A stretch of 17,819 bases of DNA from a virus, in the IMG/VR virus record IMGVR_UViG_3300022575_000033; one strand, given 5' to 3'. The notes beneath the pieces were generated by a model. That model had not been told where the DNA came from, made no database searches, and saw nothing but the letters and a program-made list of their open reading frames with translations. The position numbers and the translations under genes were made by a program. The number at the start of each line of letters is the position of its first letter. Within the stretch, counting starts at the first letter, position 1. This document shows positions 1 to 6,692 of this stretch, one piece after another.

Positions 1-127
1 AACATAATGCATCTGTGGTAGGTCGGCGGTAGGGTACATTAATAGGCACTACTATTGTTAGGACAATAGTGGTGCCTATGTCAGGACATTTGTTTGTGTG
101 GTGTAGTTCACATGCGGATAACTTGAC
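1..127. repeat. Left inverted terminal repeat (ITR), 127 bp
   Basis: Bases 1-127 are the exact reverse complement of 17693-17819. Identity stops at 128. Both 5' ends read AACATAATGCAT... Confidence 0.97.
42..79. repeat. Imperfect palindrome inside the ITR (17-bp stem, one T:G mismatch, 4-nt loop tagg); second copy at 17741-17778
   Basis: ataggcactactattgt-tagg-acaatagtggtgcctat. The arms pair at 16 of 17 positions. Confidence 0.85.
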
Positions 128-151
128 TCGCGGAGAACTAGGGTGCATTAT
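104..151 (+). promoter_or_regulatory. Left early promoter: upstream motif TAGTTCACA (104-112), -35 TTGACT (123-128), 17-nt spacer, -10 CATTAT (146-151)
   Basis: Sigma-70-like hexamers with 17-nt spacing. The same motif geometry recurs at 17248-17295 although the spacers differ. The -35 straddles the ITR boundary. Confidence 0.6.
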
Positions 152-204
152 TAATACATGAACGGGGCGGGGACGGACCGCTGAGAATGGAAGGAACTGA
201 GATG
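144..204. repeat. Second-tier inverted repeat, left copy (-10, leader, RBS, ATG)
   Basis: 61 nt matching the reverse complement of 17195-17255 at 56/61 positions. Includes GGAAGGA (189-195) and ATG 202. Confidence 0.9.
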
Positions 205-354
205 AAAACAGTCACCATCATGCCGAAAGATAGATTTGGCGGTCGATGGATTAAAACTGACACCGACAGGTATTATTGGTACGACGATTCAATCGATCTA
301 CTTTATGAATCCTTAATTCAGGAAGAAGGTACCGATAATGTGGGAAAACATTAA
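202..354 (+). CDS. Small early protein, 50 aa (below ORF-track cutoff): MKTVTIMPKDRFGGRWIKTDTDRYYWYDDSIDLLYESLIQEEGTDNVGKH
   Basis: Hand translation. RBS GGAAGGA lies 6 nt upstream of ATG 202, stop TAA 352-354. RBS and ATG are conserved with the right-arm first gene, and the protein shares a motif with that gene's product. Confidence 0.55.
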   Translation: MKTVTIMPKDRFGGRWIKTDTDRYYWYDDSIDLLYESLIQEEGTDNVGKH

Positions 355-595
355 TGGCGAACTTATTTGGATTGACAAGGAAATGGGTTGGGAAGAACAT
401 GAACGACACAATTTTGTTGGCAATGATGAAGTTTGTTCTTGTGGTGACGTGCGGGATCATGGTCGTAGGCTTACTGCGGGCGGGGTTGCTGTCGGTGTCG
501 CTGGGGGTATGATTGCTGCTAAGGCTGTGCCTAGGGTTGGGAGTTGGCTGTTATGGATGGCTGGGATTTTCACATTGACCATGATTTTTATGTGA
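338..595 (+). CDS. Small early membrane protein, 85 aa (His/Cys-rich N-terminus, two C-terminal hydrophobic helices)
   Basis: ORF track. ATG 338 is preceded by gaagaagg and overlaps the previous ORF by 17 nt. Hydrophobic segments: LTAGGVAVGVAGGMIAAKAV and VGSWLLWMAGIFTLTMIFM. Confidence 0.55.
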   Translation: MWENINGELIWIDKEMGWEEHERHNFVGNDEVCSCGDVRDHGRRLTAGGVAVGVAGGMIAAKAVPRVGSWLLWMAGIFTLTMIFM

Positions 596-870
596 GGGCA
601 TACTCCAATAGTCTTGAATCAAAGAAGTTTTTAGTTTCTCGGTATTCGTCTTCAAACAAATATACGCGAATCTTTAAGATTCAGGGAACTAGATACAATG
701 TGGCGATTACAAGGAGCCCCTCATGTACATACAGTCACACACTTAGCGTCGCAGAGCACACACTTTATTATCAAGACGAAGTTTCCACACCAGACATTGT
801 GTGCATGGCTTTGACCGACGATGACTTTATCTTGGTTCCTGATGACATTGATTCACCAACACTATTTTAG
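553..870 (+). CDS. Early protein of unknown function (about 92-105 aa; start uncertain: ATG 553 or GTG 592)
   Basis: ORF track frame 544-870. GTG 592 forms a GTGA overlap with the upstream stop (593-595). No recognisable motif. Confidence 0.45.
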   Translation: MDGWDFHIDHDFYVRAYSNSLESKKFLVSRYSSSNKYTRIFKIQGTRYNVAITRSPSCTYSHTLSVAEHTLYYQDEVSTPDIVCMALTDDDFILVPDDIDSPTLF

Positions 871-938
871 ATTCCCGGCTGGGCGGGTAATACCAGAACT
901 GAAACGAACCGAAATTCAGCCTAAGAAAGGAAATTATC

Positions 939-1304
939 ATGGCTGTTGTTTACTCCTCTCTCTCTGACGACTTCGCTGGTAAGAAGGCTTTCTTCACCGC
1001 ACAGAACTCGGCCGTTTCGTTCAAGGAACTGCGGGGAAAGAAGATTGAAATCAAGGACATTGTGATTACTGAGGACGACGTGGTTGACACGGACACTGGT
1101 GAGGTTGAGACCCGTCGGGCCATCACGGTGATCGACAAGGATGGAAACGCCTATGGCACTTCGTCTCAGACGGTGGTTGCTCAGATTCAGCGGCTCGTGG
1201 ATATTCTGGGCGACGTTAAGTCGTGGCCGGAGCCGGTGGCTGTTGAGATTGGGTCCGCTAAGTCTGGGCGTGGTCGTGAGTACACGACGGTGACGCTGGC
1301 CTGA
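939..1304 (+). CDS. Acidic 121-aa protein, putative abundant replication accessory protein (ssDNA- or dsDNA-binding; positional analogue of phi29 p5/p6)
   Basis: ATG 939 with aaaggaaa RBS. Size is similar to phi29 p5. It lies immediately upstream of the terminal protein and polymerase and is followed by a strong hairpin. The function is positional inference only. Confidence 0.6.
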   Translation: MAVVYSSLSDDFAGKKAFFTAQNSAVSFKELRGKKIEIKDIVITEDDVVDTDTGEVETRRAITVIDKDGNAYGTSSQTVVAQIQRLVDILGDVKSWPEPVAVEIGSAKSGRGREYTTVTLA

Positions 1305-1327
1305 CGGACACTGTAGGATACTAGTTG

Positions 1328-1354
1328 CCCCCTGTCCCCTTAGGGGGCAGGGGG
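1328..1354 (+). promoter_or_regulatory. GC-rich hairpin (12-bp stem with one G:U, loop tta) between the 121-aa gene and the terminal-protein gene
   Basis: ccccctgtcccc-tta-gggggcaggggg. The 3' arm contains the only purine-rich RBS candidate (1343-1347) and ends on the first base of GTG 1354. Confidence 0.55.
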
Positions 1355-2430
1355 TGATTGGCTTGGTTAAGTCTCATTGGGGCAAGCATTATCGGTCGTT
1401 TAAGCGTGGCGCTAAGCATGTTCGGAATACTGCGACTGAGATTCGGGATTTTGTTGGTGGGCTTGATTTTAGCCCCTTGCCGGATACTTTGTCTGAGGAA
1501 CAGGGCAAGGTTAAGGTCAAGTCGGCTAAGGCGAGTGCGAGGGAGCAACACCGTTCCGATCTGGATAAGGCACGTGATTTGTTGCAGGTTGAGCGCGATA
1601 GGGCCGTGCGTAAGATGTATCGGATGGCGACTAGTGACGATGGTGCGGATATTCGTGGGACGAAGTATGATCCTTTAGGGAAATCGGCTGTTGGAAAGGT
1701 GACGTTAAAGAATGCAGCGAGGGAACTTGAGCGCCTTAGCGAGTTTAATAATTCTGATAGTGTTTGGTATTATAGTGACCGTAAAGGTAATCCCATTTCT
1801 GCTAAAGACGTTCGTCGTTATCGCGATGCTGTTCGTCGCTATAATGAGGATATTGACGCTTATGAACGCAGCGTAGCGGGAACTAAATTGCCTTATATGG
1901 GCGATGTTACCGTAGGCGACTGGATTAGAGATTTTAGACCGTCTCGTTCTTATTTGCCCGGCGGCTCACATTATGCGCTTGAGAGAATGAATCCTGATAA
2001 GCGCACAGTGAATTTCGAGTCCGCCGAAGCAATGCGCGAGAAAACTAATGTTGTTTTGGACTCTCTCAGTAAGGCAGCCAAGCAAGAAAAGTTGACGGCA
2101 GCAAAACAACAGATTGCTACAATGCTTGATGTTATTGGTGACCCTGAACTGTTTGATATTCTTACAGATATTCCCGATGACGTGCTGTGGCTAATGTGGA
2201 CTGTAAACGGCGATTTCGCCAACCAACTTTCGCTTATGTACGAAGCGGCGAAAGAAGGATATTTCGATAGAAGACGGGCGGGCTATGATCTTTGGTATGA
2301 TGATGTAGAAGAAGCCGATTCTAGCATTAAATCTCTACTTAAAGAAATAAAGCAAGTTAAGATTAAACCGGAGGACGATTTCAGTGGCTCGCCAATCAAC
2401 AAGCGCAAGTCCCGTAAGGGGCGGCGCTAG
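1354..2430 (+). CDS. Putative terminal protein (358 aa)
   Basis: Directly upstream of the protein-primed polymerase and overlapping it by 47 nt. Basic N- and C-termini (C-terminus KRKSRKGRR). The ITRs imply a protein-capped genome. No sequence similarity recognised, and the start (GTG 1354 or TTG 1363) is uncertain. Confidence 0.6.
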   Translation: MIGLVKSHWGKHYRSFKRGAKHVRNTATEIRDFVGGLDFSPLPDTLSEEQGKVKVKSAKASAREQHRSDLDKARDLLQVERDRAVRKMYRMATSDDGADIRGTKYDPLGKSAVGKVTLKNAARELERLSEFNNSDSVWYYSDRKGNPISAKDVRRYRDAVRRYNEDIDAYERSVAGTKLPYMGDVTVGDWIRDFRPSRSYLPGGSHYALERMNPDKRTVNFESAEAMREKTNVVLDSLSKAAKQEKLTAAKQQIATMLDVIGDPELFDILTDIPDDVLWLMWTVNGDFANQLSLMYEAAKEGYFDRRRAGYDLWYDDVEEADSSIKSLLKEIKQVKIKPEDDFSGSPINKRKSRKGRR

Positions 2431-4084
2431 GCGTAGCCATAAAAAGGTTCCTTCGTTTTGTGCGGACTTTGAGACAACGACGGTTGAGGATGATTGCCGG
2501 GTTTGGTCTTGGGGCATTATTCAGGTTGGGAAACTTCAGAATTATGTGGACGGAACTACGCTTGACGGTTTTATGTCACATATTTCTGAACGCGCAGCAC
2601 ATATTTATTTCCACAACCTAGCATTCGATGGCACATTTATTTTAGATTGGCTATTGAAGCACGATTATAAATGGGTGAAAGAAAATCCCGGTGTTATGGA
2701 ATTTACTTCCTTGATTTCTCGTATGGGTAAGTATTATTCAATCACAGTTGTTTTCGATACGGGGTATAGGGTTGAATTTAGGGACTCATTTAAGAAACTG
2801 CCAATGTCGGTCAATGCAATCGCTAAAGCATTTAATTTGCATGACCAGAAACTTGAGATTGATTACGAAAAGCATAGGCCGATAGGCTACATTCCAACAG
2901 AACAAGAAAAGCGGTATCAGCGAAATGATGTAGCGATTGTTGCTCAAGCGCTTGAAGTTCAGTTTGAAGAAAAGATGACTAAACTGACGGCGGGTAGCGA
3001 TTCGCTTGCAACATACAAGAAAATGACGGGAAAACTGTTTATTCGGAGATTCCCAATTCTTTCACCCGAGATTGATACTGAAATACGCAAGGCATATCGT
3101 GGCGGATTCACTTATGCAGACCCGCGCTATTCGAAGCGATTGAATGGAAAGGGGAGCGTGTATGACGTCAATTCGTTGTATCCGTCGGTGATGCGAACAG
3201 CACTACTCCCTTACGGTGATCCCATCTACTCTGAGGGAGCGCCTAGAACTAATCGACCCCTTTATATTGCTTCGATCACTTTTACAGCGAAACTAAAACC
3301 AAACCACATTCCTTGCATCCAAATTAAAAAGAATCTTTCTTTTAATCCAACACAATACCTAGAAGAAGTAAAAGAACCTACAACTGTTGTAGCAACAAAT
3401 ATTGACATTGAATTATGGAAAAAGCATTATGATTTAAAAATTTATTCATGGAATGGCACATTCGAGTTTCGCGGCTCACACGGATTTTTCGATAAATATG
3501 TTGACCATTTTATGGAAATTAAAAAGAACAGCACTGGCGGGCTAAGACAAATTGCTAAACTTCATCTAAACAGTTTGTATGGAAAGTTTGCAACCAATCC
3601 TGACATTACCGGAAAACATCCCACCTTGAAAGACAATCGCGTTTCGCTGGTAATGAATGAACCTGAAATTCGTGATCCTGTTTATACTCCGATGGGTGTT
3701 TTCATTACCGCATATGCCAGAAAGAAAACGATTAGTGCAGCACAAGATAACTATGACACATTCGCATATGCCGATACCGATTCTCTACATCTCATCGGCC
3801 CCACCACTCCCCCGGAATCACTATGGGTCGATCCGGTAGAACTGGGGGCCTGGAAGCATGAGAGTTGTTTCACAAAATCTGTCTACATTCGAGCAAAGCA
3901 ATATGCGGAGGAAATTGATGGTAAACTTGACGTACACATCGCGGGGATGCCCCGCAACGTCGCAGCAACACTTACTTTGGATGATATGTTGCGTGGCGGC
4001 ACTTGGAATGGTAAACTGATTCCTGTAAGGGTTCCCGGAGGCACGGTTCTTCGGGACACAACATTCACATTGAAGATTGATTAA
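2384..4084 (+). CDS. Protein-primed family-B DNA polymerase (phi29 gp2-like), 566 aa
   Basis: Motifs: ExoI FCADFETTT, ExoII YFHNLAFDGTFIL, ExoIII YQRNDVAIVAQAL, YRGGFTY, motif A DVNSLYPSVM, motif B KLHLNSLYGKFATNP, PMGVFITAYAR, motif C YADTDSLHL, KxY KQYAEE. GTG 2384 follows GGAGGA (2370-2375) by 8 nt. Confidence 0.97.
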   Translation: MARQSTSASPVRGGARRSHKKVPSFCADFETTTVEDDCRVWSWGIIQVGKLQNYVDGTTLDGFMSHISERAAHIYFHNLAFDGTFILDWLLKHDYKWVKENPGVMEFTSLISRMGKYYSITVVFDTGYRVEFRDSFKKLPMSVNAIAKAFNLHDQKLEIDYEKHRPIGYIPTEQEKRYQRNDVAIVAQALEVQFEEKMTKLTAGSDSLATYKKMTGKLFIRRFPILSPEIDTEIRKAYRGGFTYADPRYSKRLNGKGSVYDVNSLYPSVMRTALLPYGDPIYSEGAPRTNRPLYIASITFTAKLKPNHIPCIQIKKNLSFNPTQYLEEVKEPTTVVATNIDIELWKKHYDLKIYSWNGTFEFRGSHGFFDKYVDHFMEIKKNSTGGLRQIAKLHLNSLYGKFATNPDITGKHPTLKDNRVSLVMNEPEIRDPVYTPMGVFITAYARKKTISAAQDNYDTFAYADTDSLHLIGPTTPPESLWVDPVELGAWKHESCFTKSVYIRAKQYAEEIDGKLDVHIAGMPRNVAATLTLDDMLRGGTWNGKLIPVRVPGGTVLRDTTFTLKID

Positions 4085-4095
4085 GGTTGGTAATC

Positions 4096-4263
4096 ATGGC
4101 ACGTCCTGTTTCTACTCACAGCACTGTTAAGTTCCGTCTCCCTAAGGCTGTTCAGGCTGACCTGACTGAGGCTCACTGGCTTCTGCGCAAGGATGAGTCG
4201 GATATCGTCACTGAGGCCATTGTTGAGTATCTGGCGAAGAATGCTCCCAAGTCTGGTAAGTAA
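4096..4263 (+). CDS. Ribbon-helix-helix (CopG/Arc/MetJ-type) DNA-binding protein, 55 aa, not in the ORF track: MARPVSTHSTVKFRLPKAVQADLTEAHWLLRKDESDIVTEAIVEYLAKNAPKSGK
   Basis: Hand translation, ATG 4096 to TAA 4261-4263. Shows the beta-strand (VKFRLP), helix (KAVQADLTEAHWLL), helix (ESDIVTEAIVEYLAK) pattern typical of RHH repressors. Confidence 0.7.
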   Translation: MARPVSTHSTVKFRLPKAVQADLTEAHWLLRKDESDIVTEAIVEYLAKNAPKSGK

Positions 4264-4332
4264 TTTCTGACTAATTGCCGGGGAGCAACCTAATGAACTG
4301 GGCCTGGCTTAGTTGGGTAGCAGCCCTCAGGA

Positions 4333-4361
4333 TTGCTTTCAGATGATTGGGTATTTATGGT
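4333..4361 (+). promoter_or_regulatory. Candidate late promoter: TTGCTT (4333-4338), 17-nt spacer, TATGGT (4356-4361)
   Basis: The only sigma-70-like hexamer pair with 17-nt spacing in the early/late spacer. The -10 overlaps the start of the 14-bp palindrome. Weak match. Confidence 0.3.
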
Positions 4362-4390
4362 AGGCTAGGAACGCAAGTTCCTAGCCTACC
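4359..4390 (+). promoter_or_regulatory. Perfect 14-bp inverted repeat with gcaa loop (operator and/or terminator hairpin)
   Basis: ggtaggctaggaac-gcaa-gttcctagcctacc, followed by gcttt and then RBS AGGAGG (4396-4401) and ATG 4406. Confidence 0.6.
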
Positions 4391-4405
4391 GCTTTAGGAG
4401 GAAAA

Positions 4406-5248
4406 ATGGCACTATCTGATGCCGAAAAGAATGCGCTTAAGGGGCTAAACCCCGATGGCTCCCCGATGAACGAGGAACAGCGAAAGGCCAATAAGGCCAA
4501 GGTTGACGCCAAGAACACCGAGTCGATCAAGCAGGACAAGGCTGAGCACGGCGGACGTTCGCTTACCGAGCGGCGCGTTGAAGGCGATCCGCAGCAGTCC
4601 ATGGATGACGCCCAGACACGGAACAAGGCGGCCAAGGACCTCACGCCGCAGCAGCGCGAGGAATCCGGCATGACCGGCAATGATGTCTTTGACCCCGGCG
4701 ACAGCGATGGGGACAAGAAAGCCGTTTCTCCGAGTGATGGGAACATGCTCGAGGGAGCCCCGAAGGACCCTGCGGACGTTGACCACTTCAAGGACACCAA
4801 GGCGGCCTGGGAACATCTCACGAACGTTTTCGGCGAGAAAGTTTCCGCGTTGCAGGCTGAACTTGAGAATCGCCTCGGTGAGCAACTAACCCCCACGGAC
4901 AGGGAGACGGGTAACCCGTTTGCTGGGGACGACGTTCCGGCATCTAAGGAGATGACGCTGGATGACGTGAAACAGGCGGCCGAGAGCACGAAGGACGACG
5001 CCAAGGCGGTGCTCAAGGGCGTTGGTGACGTCGGAGGTGCCGCCGTCGAGTTGGGCGGTACTGCCGCTAAGGATGCTGGAAATGCTATAGTTGATGGCAT
5101 GGGCATTGACCGAAAGGCGGCCGCAAGTACTGGAAGAACGCTTGCCGGTCTTTCAGGATTGTTTTCTAGTAGCGATTCGGGGAACGATAAAGTTCCTGAC
5201 TCCAATTGGAAGCCCAAGTCGATTAGCGAACTTTTTAAGGGGAATTGA
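4406..5248 (+). CDS. Putative scaffolding protein (280 aa, highly charged, low complexity)
   Basis: AGGAGG-N4-ATG. Lies immediately upstream of the major capsid gene, as phi29 gp7 does. K/E/D/A-rich, helical-looking sequence. The antisense 278-aa ORF is rejected. Confidence 0.6.
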   Translation: MALSDAEKNALKGLNPDGSPMNEEQRKANKAKVDAKNTESIKQDKAEHGGRSLTERRVEGDPQQSMDDAQTRNKAAKDLTPQQREESGMTGNDVFDPGDSDGDKKAVSPSDGNMLEGAPKDPADVDHFKDTKAAWEHLTNVFGEKVSALQAELENRLGEQLTPTDRETGNPFAGDDVPASKEMTLDDVKQAAESTKDDAKAVLKGVGDVGGAAVELGGTAAKDAGNAIVDGMGIDRKAAASTGRTLAGLSGLFSSSDSGNDKVPDSNWKPKSISELFKGN

Positions 5249-5250
5249 TT

Positions 5251-6618
5251 ATGCCGCAGTTGCGTGACGACACTTCAAATATTGATATTCTTAACGCTAT
5301 TCGTAGCGATGCACGATATGATTATCAGAACATGGTTCCTGAGGCCACTAAGGCGAACATTCAGGAGACGATTGCGGGAATCATGTCTGACAATATTACT
5401 CGCAACGAATTCATGTCATCTCTGGTTAACCGTATCGGTTCTACGATTGTTCGCGATATTTCGTGGAAGAATCCGCTTGCGGTATTCAAGCAGGGCATGA
5501 TGAATTTCGGTGACACTATCGAGGAAGTGCACCTTGACTTCATTAAGCCCACCATTTATGAGGAGCAGCGCGACTACCTCGAGCGCGACGTGTTCGGGCA
5601 GGCCCCGCCGCCTTCTAAGTCTGCGTTCCACACGATTAACCGCAAGGAAAAGTTCAAGATCACGGTTAATCGCGATGTGCTTCGTCGGGCTTTTCTTTCG
5701 GACAACGGTCTTTCTGAGATGATTTCTCAGATTATGGCCGTGGCGGCTTCGTCTGACCAGTGGTCCGAGTTCCTTAGCATGACGAAGTTGTTCAAGACCT
5801 TCGACGACAAGTTCGGCTTCTACCGCATGCAGATTTCTGACATGAATACGTTTGAGCCGGACAAGAACAAGGTTGATGCGGCGCTCAAGGCGCTTAGGGT
5901 TGCCGCGAATAAGATGCAGTACCCGACTCCCGCATTTAACAGTGCCGCGGTGCATTCGTTTGCTCGGCCGGACGATCTGGTGCTTATTGCGACGCCGGAG
6001 TTTAAGGCAAACGTTGACGTGACGTCTCTGTCTGCCGCGTTTAACCGGAGCGATGCTGAGGCGCCGTCTCACATCATCACGGTTCCGGGTGAGGCGCTGG
6101 GGATGGCTGATACGTCGGCTATTCTGACTAGTAAGCAGTTCTTCGTGATTAAGGATATTCTGCTTGAGAACCGGAGTATTTCTAACCCCGAGGGTCTTTA
6201 TGATAATTTCTGGCTGCATCACTGGTCGGTTATGAGTGCGTCTCCGTTTACCCCGGCTATCGCGTTCGGTACTAAGCCGAATACGGTTGTGGTGACGCCT
6301 AAGGCTGAGACGAACGCTGAGATTAATGCGCTAATCGTGACTAGGCCGGACGGCACTCAGTCGACTATTATGCCCCCGGCTGCGGTTCGCCAGGCCAGTA
6401 TTCAGTGGAAGACGGCGCCCGCGAATAAGGGTTACGCCACTGACTGGTACCTCAAGAATGCTAAGTCTAAGGGAACGAAGATTTCCAATGACGGTGTTCT
6501 CACTATCGGGCCTGATGAGCCTGAGTCATTCCTCACTCTCGGCGTGAATGTTGACACTAAGGGTGCAGACGGCAATAAGCCCCTGAATAAGGAGATTAGC
6601 ATTCAGGTTAAGAAGTAA
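5251..6618 (+). CDS. Major capsid protein (phi29 gp8-like) with C-terminal Ig-like (Big_2-type) domain
   Basis: Matches remembered gp8 blocks: NAIR, VPxAT, SLVNRIGSTIVRD..NPL..FKQG...GDTIEE, GLYDNFWLHHW. The C-terminal ~110 aa (VVVTPKAE...GVLTIG...) is Ig-like, as in gp8. ATG 5251 follows aagggga; TTG 5245 is less likely. Confidence 0.92.
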   Translation: MPQLRDDTSNIDILNAIRSDARYDYQNMVPEATKANIQETIAGIMSDNITRNEFMSSLVNRIGSTIVRDISWKNPLAVFKQGMMNFGDTIEEVHLDFIKPTIYEEQRDYLERDVFGQAPPPSKSAFHTINRKEKFKITVNRDVLRRAFLSDNGLSEMISQIMAVAASSDQWSEFLSMTKLFKTFDDKFGFYRMQISDMNTFEPDKNKVDAALKALRVAANKMQYPTPAFNSAAVHSFARPDDLVLIATPEFKANVDVTSLSAAFNRSDAEAPSHIITVPGEALGMADTSAILTSKQFFVIKDILLENRSISNPEGLYDNFWLHHWSVMSASPFTPAIAFGTKPNTVVVTPKAETNAEINALIVTRPDGTQSTIMPPAAVRQASIQWKTAPANKGYATDWYLKNAKSKGTKISNDGVLTIGPDEPESFLTLGVNVDTKGADGNKPLNKEISIQVKK

Positions 6619-6632
6619 TACCTGAATCAACA

Positions 6633-6665
6633 CAGAACCGGGCGTCCAATGGGCGCCCGGTTCTG
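6633..6665 (+). terminator. Hairpin after the capsid gene (15-bp stem including one G:U, loop aat); attenuator or terminator
   Basis: cagaaccgggcgtcc-aat-gggcgcccggttctg, 15 nt after the capsid stop. The downstream T-tract is weak (ctatgctt). Confidence 0.6.
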
Positions 6666-6692
6666 CTATGCTTGGACTTGAAGGAGGACGAT

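Noticed and set aside
4-13. 10-nt direct repeat ataatgcatc at the left terminus (4-13) and at the right internal promoter -10 (17248-17257).
   Set aside because: It is short and in direct rather than inverted orientation, so it does not look like a vestigial terminus. It could be chance or reflect AT-rich promoter-like sequence. Noted but not interpretable without relatives.
17-33. GGTAGG motif treated as a dedicated RHH operator linking the ITRs and the 4359-4390 palindrome.
   Set aside because: Not rejected outright, but downgraded. A 6-mer is expected about 8-9 times in this genome by chance, and other copies occur inside genes (for example near 10105 and 13000). Only the 11-bp phasing in the ITR is suggestive.
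711-745. Internal aaggag followed by ATG 723, considered as a separate small gene start.
   Set aside because: That frame terminates after 7 codons, and the sequence lies within the 553-870 reading frame.
4381-5217. 278-aa minus-strand ORF antisense to the scaffold gene. Similar long antisense or off-frame ORFs occur at 4445-4885, 5416-6222, 6666-7256, 8941-9705, 9411-9710, 10491-10781, 11322-11636, 12045-12527, 15256-15558 and 15492-15704, plus plus-strand off-frame ORFs such as 1358-1678, 10152-10421, 10954-11316, 14913-15218, 15312-15649 and 16775-17248.
   Set aside because: They lie entirely within genes that have recognisable homologues or strong RBS and coupling signals on the other strand or frame. 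They have no RBS, and their Ser/Pro/Arg/Ala-rich low-complexity products are typical of shadow frames.
6672-6692. ORF-track upstream starts: TTG 6672, TTG 5245, TTG 10518, TTG 12054, GTG 13346, 14603, 17212, 17684 and TTG 544.
   Set aside because: In each case an ATG a few codons downstream is preceded by a clear RBS. The late genes repeatedly show GGAGGA-N4-ATG, or the ATG forms an ATGA or TAATG overlap with the preceding stop. The longer versions start upstream of their own RBS.
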